Of a stretch of DNA of 64,000 nt, positions 57,506 through 64,000 are shown piece after piece (position 1 is the first letter of the stretch; each line of letters begins with the position of its first letter). Under the pieces are notes generated by a model. It was not told the DNA's origin and did not search any database. It saw only the letters and a list, made by a program, of their open reading frames with translations. The stretch spans positions 7,653-71,652 of the forward strand of contig JAITHE010000087.1 of assembly GCA_031280125.1 (NCBI GenBank). The letters run 5' to 3'. A program made the translations under genes and the position numbers. This stretch comes from Treponema sp. Lineage in GTDB: Bacteria; Spirochaetota; Spirochaetia; Treponematales; Breznakiellaceae.

Positions 57506-58099
57506 TTACCACGAAACCAGGTAGGTGCAGGTCTCTGCGCCGTTCCTGCGGCAGGGTTTTGAATCGTCATGGATAACCATGGCTTTTATGTCGTACTGCT
57601 GCACCATGGCCGTGATGATTCCCCGGTCAAACACACAGGGGTATGGATTGCCGCTGACGCTTACAATAAGATCTTTACCGGGCACCCGTTCATAGCCGTA
57701 ATGTCCTATCCCTTCGTGGAGAGTTCCGTTCTGGGCGTTATACAGACGGCCGCCGTTTTTCCGGTGGTTCATGTGGTAAGCAATGTTGATGGCCTTCACG
57801 GCGCTGTGTATATCGGTAATCCAAGGGGGAAACTCGGCATTGCAGGGTATCGCATAGCCGATTTTGTAGAGTATTCCGTCTCCCACCTCCCGGGCGATGG
57901 CTGCAAAGGCGTCAAGCCACGCCTGCTGGGGATACCAGCCATCGTAGTCGAACAGCCATGCGCCGTTTTTCATTCTGCCTATCCCCGAGGCGCTCATGTA
58001 CTGCTCCCCCAGGGATCTAAAGGCCCCCATGCCGTGTACAAAGGCGTATACGGTCTGCCCATTCACTTCAATTCCTTCCTCAAAGGCCTTAAACTGCAA
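57506..58099 (-). CDS. Hypothetical 197-aa soluble protein immediately downstream of the Cache hybrid kinase (possible small-molecule-binding accessory protein)
   Basis: TTG start 5 nt after AAGGAGG, overlapping the kinase stop by 11 nt. An alternative GTG at 58066 follows [24 protein letters not shown] is vaguely like V4R/H-NOX-type PxCxFxxG segments. No firm family assignment. Confidence 0.55.
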   Translation of the reverse strand: MQFKAFEEGIEVNGQTVYAFVHGMGAFRSLGEQYMSASGIGRMKNGAWLFDYDGWYPQQAWLDAFAAIAREVGDGILYKIGYAIPCNAEFPPWITDIHSAVKAINIAYHMNHRKNGGRLYNAQNGTLHEGIGHYGYERVPGKDLIVSVSGNPYPCVFDRGIITAMVQQYDIKAMVIHDDSKPCRRNGAETCTYLVSW

Positions 58100-61000
58100 G
58101 ATCCCCTCCTTCGGCGGCCTTGAAGAGACTCCCCACAGTTTCCAGCGCCCGGGTAAAATCGGCCATTAACACCGCCTCCGAGACCTCATCCAGCATAGTC
58201 CTGGTTTTCCCGTCCGGAACTTCCCTGTCCAGCGCTTCCAAAATACGGTCTATGGCCTCCGTCTTTTGGGCTTTCAGGGCTTCGGCAAGATCGGCGAGGA
58301 GTAAAAAAAGCCGGCCCCTGGGGCCTTCACTGCCCCCCTCAACGGGGGGGGCCACCCCCCGGTCCCCTCCCCCGTCCGGGGCGGCGGACGACGCATCCAA
58401 GGCGGCGGCGATTCCCCGGATCAATGCTCCAAGGCGCCCCGTAAAACCGGGCAGGGCTTTGCCTATAAAATCAATGTCCCCGGCCCGGCCTGCCGCCTCC
58501 AGGGCCGCCGCCTCCCCCGAAATATCCGCCGCCCCGATGCTCGCGGCCGCACCCTTGAGGGCGTGAACCTGGGTGGTAAAGGCGGCGCAGGTTTTCACAA
58601 AATCCCGGGGACCGGGGATCCCTTCGGAATCTTTGCCGGCGCCGGAGGAAACCCCATGATCAAGGAAGGTATTCAAAAAGGGCAGCCGGGCTTTCGCATC
58701 CCCATGAAACAGGGTCAAAACCTGCCGGTAACCCTCAATAGTTCCGCCGGTGGCGGCAATTCCCTGCACAGCGTCCAGGCCCACGACGGGGATCAACGCG
58801 GAAGATCCCGCTTCGGTCCCCGGGGAAACCCCGGCTGTACAGGTACCGGAGCCCGCCGGGCGGGATCCTCCCGGATCCGGAAAGGAGTCTCCAATTCGCC
58901 GGACATCGGCTTTTTGCCGTTTCCCCTTGGGTATCCAGGTTTCCAGGGTTTCGTCCAGCTTGGACACATCAACGGGCTTGGCGAGGAAATCACTAAAACC
59001 CTGGGACAGGAACATCTCCCGCATCCCCGACACGGCGTTGGCGGTCAGGGCAATAATGGGGATCCCCCCGTTTGACTTATCCGCCCGCTCCCTTTCCCAT
59101 TCCCTTATGAGCGCCGCCGCCTCAACGCCGTCCATCTCCGGCATCATGTGATCCAAAAATACCATGTCGTAACTGTTCCGCTTGACCAGTTCCACCGCTT
59201 CCGCTCCGGAAAGGCAGACATCCACCTTTACCCGGTAGGGGGCAAGAAGTCCCTCGGCCACCTTGAGGTTCGTGGCGATATCGTCCACCACCAGGACCCA
59301 GGCGCCGGGCGCGGTAAAACGGGTTCCGGTAAAAACCGCGTCCCCCGGCCCGCGCCCGGGGGATCCGTTAAGGACATCCGCAATGGCCAGGGACTGTACC
59401 GGCAGGGACACAAAACGTACCCCGGGAATATAGGCTTCGGTTCCCCACTCCACCATCAGGGCCAGGGGCGGTTTTTTGTCCAGCCTCTCCATCACTTCCT
59501 GGATCCGGCCGTACAGGCCGTAGCCGGAAAACACAAAATACCACCCCCCTTCTTCCAGGGCCTTGACAAAAGCGTCGTCATCCTCTACCAGCCTGTAGGG
59601 AACAGAGAGGTTTTCCAGGGACCAGGAGACTGATCTTGCATAGACGGAACGCCTTTCATAGACCAGTACCTTTTTTTCCTCCGGCCTGTCCACCCGGGCA
59701 AAGAGCTCCCCTGTCCCCGCCTCCTGGGGAATAACCGCGGTAAAAACACTGCCGTACCCATATTCGCTTTCCATGGAAATATCTCCGCCCATGGCGGTAC
59801 AGAGCCGTTTGGTAATCGCCAGCCCCAGGCCGGTTCCTTCAATGCCCCGGTTCCGCTTGGTATCCACCTGGGTAAAATCACCGAACAGTTTCCGTTGATC
59901 CTCCAGTTTTATCCCGGCCCCCGAATCGGCCACGGCGATCCGCAGGCGGATCCTTCCCGGGGAAACCCGTCTGCCCGGGGGGTCCTCCATGGTCATGGTT
60001 ACGCTGATAAACCCCCTGTCGGTGTACTTCACCGCGTTGCCCAGCAGATTAAGGAGGATCTGCCGCATCCTCACCTCGTCTCCCACCAGCTCGTTGGGGA
60101 TCCGGGAGTCGATGTTGGTATAAAAACGAACGGGCTTTTCCATAAGCCTCATGCGGATAATGCTTACCACATCGTTTACCAGAGAGGACAGAAGGTATTT
60201 GGCGGGGACGATCTCCATCCTCCCCGCCTCGATCTTTGAAAAATCCAGAAGATCGTTGATGATCGCCAAAAGATTTGCCCCGGCTTGTTTTATATCCCTG
60301 GCATATTCCCTGGATTCGTCGGAAAGATCTTCCCTCAGGAGCAGTTCCGACATCCCCACAATCGCGTTCATGGGGGTACGGATTTCATGGCTCATGTTGG
60401 CAAGGAACGAAGACTTTGCCCTGCTTTCCTCGTCGGAACGCATCTTTGCGGCGGAAAGACGCAGCAGTACATAAGAAAGGGCTGCCGCCAGGAGGATCCC
60501 CAGGGCAATCATGACGGCTTCCGTGCGGTACATATCGCCGTAGTAGGCCGCCACGGGGATGAACATTCCCACATACCAGCCGTTATAGAGGCGGCGGAAA
60601 AAGGCGATCATCCTTTTATTATCCGAATCCCGTATAAACCGCGACGGCATGTCCCCGGACGCTCCAAGGTCCGCCGCAAGACGGGCAAAATCCTCCGAAA
60701 GATCCCCCAGGGATGTATCCAGCATTTCCGCCCGGGGATGAGCCATGAACCGGAGGTCCCCCGTCAAAAGCACGCCGTAGCCGCCGTAGGACCGCTGAAG
60801 GGAACAGACATAGCTGCTGATTCCATCAAGGAACAGGTCCATAGCCACAACCCCCAGCGGAGAATCCCCCGCCCCCCGGATCTCCTGGGCAAGGGAGACG
60901 ATGATTTCTCCTGTTTTGCTGTCCATATAGGGCATGGTTGTGCCTATCTGACCCCTGGTTTCCCGGGCAATCCGGTACCAGGGCTGTTCCCGGGGCTTAT

Positions 61001-61394
61001 AGTCCGGCGGGGGAACCCAGCCCGTTCCGTCTAGGTACGTTCCCCGGATAAAGGCGTACATGCCGTTAAACCCCGACACCCTGTTTTCGTTCCCCTTAAG
61101 CCGCCCGGTGATGCCGCTTAAATACCGCAGGATTTCTTCATGGGAGGCTTCTTCATTAACGATCATATCCCGCAGGGTAAAACCCGCGCTTACCAGGGCC
61201 GTCTCGGGCTCACGGAGGCTTGTCTTGATACTGGTTTCCACGGTACGCAGGGATTCACCGGCGCTTACCCGCAGATCCCGGGCGGCAATGGCCCGCCGGG
61301 AAACAAATTCACCGCTCATGATCAAAAAAAAGGCGATAAAAACAAAAATAACCTGGGTATAGTTCTTTTGCAGAACCCGTTTCCAGTTTTTCAC
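58089..61394 (-). CDS. Hybrid sensor histidine kinase: Cache-type periplasmic sensor, HisKA, HATPase, pseudo-receiver, REC, Hpt and a C-terminal helical extension
   Basis: Cache-like PWYRIA...[17 protein letters not shown] between two TM helices. H-box [17 protein letters not shown] and GTGLGLA. Receiver [10 protein letters not shown]...[13 protein letters not shown]...KPV. Hpt [16 protein letters not shown] start. Confidence 0.88.
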   Translation of the reverse strand: MKNWKRVLQKNYTQVIFVFIAFFLIMSGEFVSRRAIAARDLRVSAGESLRTVETSIKTSLREPETALVSAGFTLRDMIVNEEASHEEILRYLSGITGRLKGNENRVSGFNGMYAFIRGTYLDGTGWVPPPDYKPREQPWYRIARETRGQIGTTMPYMDSKTGEIIVSLAQEIRGAGDSPLGVVAMDLFLDGISSYVCSLQRSYGGYGVLLTGDLRFMAHPRAEMLDTSLGDLSEDFARLAADLGASGDMPSRFIRDSDNKRMIAFFRRLYNGWYVGMFIPVAAYYGDMYRTEAVMIALGILLAAALSYVLLRLSAAKMRSDEESRAKSSFLANMSHEIRTPMNAIVGMSELLLREDLSDESREYARDIKQAGANLLAIINDLLDFSKIEAGRMEIVPAKYLLSSLVNDVVSIIRMRLMEKPVRFYTNIDSRIPNELVGDEVRMRQILLNLLGNAVKYTDRGFISVTMTMEDPPGRRVSPGRIRLRIAVADSGAGIKLEDQRKLFGDFTQVDTKRNRGIEGTGLGLAITKRLCTAMGGDISMESEYGYGSVFTAVIPQEAGTGELFARVDRPEEKKVLVYERRSVYARSVSWSLENLSVPYRLVEDDDAFVKALEEGGWYFVFSGYGLYGRIQEVMERLDKKPPLALMVEWGTEAYIPGVRFVSLPVQSLAIADVLNGSPGRGPGDAVFTGTRFTAPGAWVLVVDDIATNLKVAEGLLAPYRVKVDVCLSGAEAVELVKRNSYDMVFLDHMMPEMDGVEAAALIREWERERADKSNGGIPIIALTANAVSGMREMFLSQGFSDFLAKPVDVSKLDETLETWIPKGKRQKADVRRIGDSFPDPGGSRPAGSGTCTAGVSPGTEAGSSALIPVVGLDAVQGIAATGGTIEGYRQVLTLFHGDAKARLPFLNTFLDHGVSSGAGKDSEGIPGPRDFVKTCAAFTTQVHALKGAAASIGAADISGEAAALEAAGRAGDIDFIGKALPGFTGRLGALIRGIAAALDASSAAPDGGGDRGVAPPVEGGSEGPRGRLFLLLADLAEALKAQKTEAIDRILEALDREVPDGKTRTMLDEVSEAVLMADFTRALETVGSLFKAAEGGDLAV

Positions 61395-61410
61395 GGCCCG
61401 TCCCCGTTCC

Positions 61411-61785
61411 TTATGTTTTTAGATGCTCCCCGATACAGGCAAGCAGGGAAGCCGGATCAAAGGGTTTTACGACATACGCCGCGGCCCCCAAGGAACGGCC
61501 TTCGTCCTCATCGCCGGATTCCGTTTTCCCGGTAAGAAAGATCACCGGGATGTCCCTGGTTTCCGTTTTATCCTTAAGAATTTTGATCGCCTCAAACCCG
61601 TCCATTTCGGGCATGTCTATATCCAGGAGGATAAGATCCGGACGGTTATTTTCCAGAAGAAAAAACATTTTCGCCGCCGAAGGGGCGGTAGCGACGGTAT
61701 AGTGTCCGGACAGCACGTTTTTCCCAATCCGGAGATTGGCCGGATTATCGTCCACCAGCATGATCAGCTTCCTATCGTTTTCCAT
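61411..61785 (-). CDS. Single-domain CheY-like response regulator
   Basis: [10 protein letters not shown]...[13 protein letters not shown]...FLTGKTES...KPF. 124 aa. Confidence 0.92.
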   Translation of the reverse strand: MENDRKLIMLVDDNPANLRIGKNVLSGHYTVATAPSAAKMFFLLENNRPDLILLDIDMPEMDGFEAIKILKDKTETRDIPVIFLTGKTESGDEDEGRSLGAAAYVVKPFDPASLLACIGEHLKT

Positions 61786-61793
61786 CTGCCCGC

Positions 61794-63932
61794 CTATACT
61801 TTAAATTTAAGAACTTCCCCCTCAAGGGTATCGATGCTGTTTTTGTTGCCGCTGCTTATTTCATTAACCCTGCTTACGGCGGCGTTTACCTGTTCCGTCC
61901 CCAGGGCCATTTCGGACATGCCGTTTTCTATTTCCACGGTTATCCGTTCCAGGCTGCCGCTTTCACGGATAGCCTCCTGCCCTTCCCGGGCTATGTCCTC
62001 CGCCTCCCGGCTTACCGTGCCGCTGATCTCCCGCAGCCGTATTACCGCATCCAGGATCTGCCGGCTGCCTATTTCCTGTTCTTCCATGGCGCCCCGAATT
62101 TCCGATTCCTGATTCGCCACGGTCCGTACCTGCACATCGATGTCCCCAAAGCGGTCAAGGACATTCCGGGTAGAAGCGGTTACCTTGTCTATGGACGCCT
62201 TAATCTTTTTAAGCATTTCCGCCGTGGTCTGGGACTGACGGCTTGAATTTTCGGCAAGTTTGCGGATTTCACCGGCCACCACGGCAAACCCCTTCCCTGT
62301 TTCCCCGGCATGGGCCGCCTCGATGGCGGCGTTCATCGAAAGAAGATTGGTTTGGCTGGCAATGCTTTCCATAACCGAATTGATCTCCAGAAGCCCCTCG
62401 GACTGCCGGGCGATCTCCTGGAATTCGGAGGACACGGCCTGAAGATCCTTCCGGCTGACCTGCGAAGACTCCGATAGGGTCTCCACGTTTTTTGAATTCC
62501 GCACCAGGGTTTCCGCCACCGAGTGAATGCTGGCAAGCATCTCCTCTATGGCCGAGGAAGACTGGGAAACGCTTTCCGACTGCTGGGAAATGTGATCGTT
62601 GAGCTTTTCAATGTGGGCGATAATGTTCGCCATGGCGGAGCTGACCTTGTTCACCTCCCCCGCCTGGGTCCCGGCAAGGTCCGTCATGGTCCTGATGGCG
62701 GCGGTAATTCTATTCATCGATCCGGCGGCGGAATCCATCTGCCCGGCAAATTCGGAACCTGTTTTTGAAAGGGTCTGGGTTTTATCGCGGATCACCGTTA
62801 CCAGACTCTGTATCTTTTCAAAGGTCTGGTTAAAAATATGGGCAAGGCTTCCTATTTCATCATTCCCCGGATGATCCAGCCGCCTTGTAAGGTCCCAGGT
62901 TTCGGCAATTCCCGAAAGTATGGCGACGCTTTTATTCAGGGGCTTTACCAAACGGAAGATAAAGGCGTTGATGATGATAAAGATCACCAGGATGGCCAGG
63001 AGCATGACAAAAAAAAGGCCCGCCACGGGACTGCGGAGGATCATGCCGGAACTCAGGGGAAGGGCGGCGGCGATATACCAGTTAAGCTGGGGCAGGCGGC
63101 CCAGGGCATATTCAAAGCCCCCCAGGGAAAAGGTTCTTTCTTCCTCAGGCCCAAGTTCCTGCGCCGCCGCTTCCACCGCCGCCCCGCTCTTCCCCCACCG
63201 GCCGGAGACGGTCTCCTTGGCTTCCATGAGGGCGCTGTCCCGGGCGCCGGTTATTTCCCCCTGCCCGTTGAAAAGGAGCAGCTCCGCCGTCTCCCCTTCG
63301 CCGCCGTCTCCGGCCCCAAAGAGGGCCGTAATAAAATCGGTAAGATCTATGCCGGTTCCCACAATGCCCACGGCCCTTCCCCGCCCGGCGTGGCCGTTCT
63401 CAAAAACCTGGGCGTTGATCCAGAGCATTGTTCTTTTAAGGCCGATATCGAAGTTAACATTAAAATTAAACAGTTCTTCCTGGGTCAAGGTCCAGGTATA
63501 CCAGCTGGAATCGGGATCACCGGGGTCGAGGGTATACACGTATTCGTCCCCAAAATAATAACGCCGGTCCGCATCGTTAATCCAGAATATGTTGTTTCCG
63601 GTAAAGGCGGCGCGGTACCCGGCGATTTCCTCAAAAGCCAGGGCCTCCAGTTCCAGGTTGCCGGAATCAAGAAAATACCGCCGTATCAGGGGGGAATCGG
63701 CCATTTTAAGGGCCAGGGCTATCTCCTTGCCCACCTGGCCCTCCAGCCGGAGCCGCCTGGTCTCGATGAGCCGGGCAAGCTCCCCGGAAGCGCCGCTTTG
63801 GATGATCTGCCCCATGGAAAGAAAAAAAGCCGCTCCGCCGCCAAAAAGGATAACAAAAAATAAGATCACCGAAAAAGCAAGAAAGCGGTACTTGATTGAC
63901 GTTTTTCGCCGGATTGGTTTTACCCTGCCCAT
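61794..63932 (-). CDS. Methyl-accepting chemotaxis protein with Cache-like periplasmic domain and HAMP
   Basis: Signalling hairpin [34 protein letters not shown]. Two TM helices flank a sensor of about 270 aa. AGGGAGGA Shine-Dalgarno sequence. Confidence 0.92.
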   Translation of the reverse strand: MGRVKPIRRKTSIKYRFLAFSVILFFVILFGGGAAFFLSMGQIIQSGASGELARLIETRRLRLEGQVGKEIALALKMADSPLIRRYFLDSGNLELEALAFEEIAGYRAAFTGNNIFWINDADRRYYFGDEYVYTLDPGDPDSSWYTWTLTQEELFNFNVNFDIGLKRTMLWINAQVFENGHAGRGRAVGIVGTGIDLTDFITALFGAGDGGEGETAELLLFNGQGEITGARDSALMEAKETVSGRWGKSGAAVEAAAQELGPEEERTFSLGGFEYALGRLPQLNWYIAAALPLSSGMILRSPVAGLFFVMLLAILVIFIIINAFIFRLVKPLNKSVAILSGIAETWDLTRRLDHPGNDEIGSLAHIFNQTFEKIQSLVTVIRDKTQTLSKTGSEFAGQMDSAAGSMNRITAAIRTMTDLAGTQAGEVNKVSSAMANIIAHIEKLNDHISQQSESVSQSSSAIEEMLASIHSVAETLVRNSKNVETLSESSQVSRKDLQAVSSEFQEIARQSEGLLEINSVMESIASQTNLLSMNAAIEAAHAGETGKGFAVVAGEIRKLAENSSRQSQTTAEMLKKIKASIDKVTASTRNVLDRFGDIDVQVRTVANQESEIRGAMEEQEIGSRQILDAVIRLREISGTVSREAEDIAREGQEAIRESGSLERITVEIENGMSEMALGTEQVNAAVSRVNEISSGNKNSIDTLEGEVLKFKV

Positions 63933-64000
63933 CTTTATGATTCCTCCCTGATATTTTACCTGTGGGAACTGCCCCGCAGCCCTCAGGCTGCGGACAACCC

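Noticed and set aside
62838-63863. 341-aa plus-strand ORF. Similar long antisense ORFs occur at 3527-4396, 13813-14451, 23872-24705, 35455-36075, 44126-45019, 45331-46368, 48160-49500, 50165-50986, 50938-51966 and 60285-61034.
   Set aside because: Each one lies fully inside a confidently identified gene on the other strand and has a biased Gly/Pro/Arg composition. They are artefacts of high GC content.

Overview
This is a GC-rich, gene-dense chromosomal segment that looks like it comes from a spirochaete of the Treponema/Spirochaeta type. Three things support that: a clear P83/100 antigen homologue, a TatT-type TRAP transporter and a bacterial PUR-domain protein. I call about 52 protein genes and one tRNA-Val(UAC). 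I found no rRNA, CRISPR array, transposase, integrase, reverse transcriptase or recognisable defence genes.

Gene blocks, in order:
- TatT/TatP/TatQM TRAP transporter
- A sigma-70-family factor next to an NlpD-like LysM/degenerate-LytM protein
- Two secreted TPR proteins
- The phoH-pgpH-ybeY-corC operon preceded by tRNA-Val
- plsC, a HAD hydrolase and mfd
- A run of housekeeping and hypothetical genes: RluA-type pseudouridine synthase, a P-loop/Asp23 fusion, pcnB, an alpha/beta hydrolase, a RumA-type methyltransferase, a beta-propeller/HEAT protein and P83/100
- A lower-GC glycerol/dihydroxyacetone cluster bracketed by strong hairpins (dhaKLM, glpK, G3P-dehydrogenase-like flavoprotein, fused oxidoreductase-DUF1667, glpF, rubrerythrin)
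- nifU-nifS, a PGM/PMM-family mutase, a PUR-like protein, rnhB, a PRTase, a rhomboid protease, xth, copZ, tcdA-ttcA-DUF482, and TPM-lemA
- A 12.9 kb same-strand sensory cluster at 51.0-63.9 kb

The sensory cluster is the most system-like and least explained part of the window. It encodes a Cache MCP, a CheY-like REC protein and two hybrid kinases, each followed closely by a small orphan protein (the second by an ATGA overlap). It ends with a tandem-cNMP Crp-like regulator and a REC-cyclase.

A second recurrent signal is a TATA(C/G)T -10 box, often TG-extended, sitting 6-9 nt upstream of start codons that lack a Shine-Dalgarno sequence. I see this at six genes, which suggests leaderless mRNAs.

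Many long ORFs in the supplied track are antisense shadows caused by the high GC content. Several longest-ORF starts had to be shortened.
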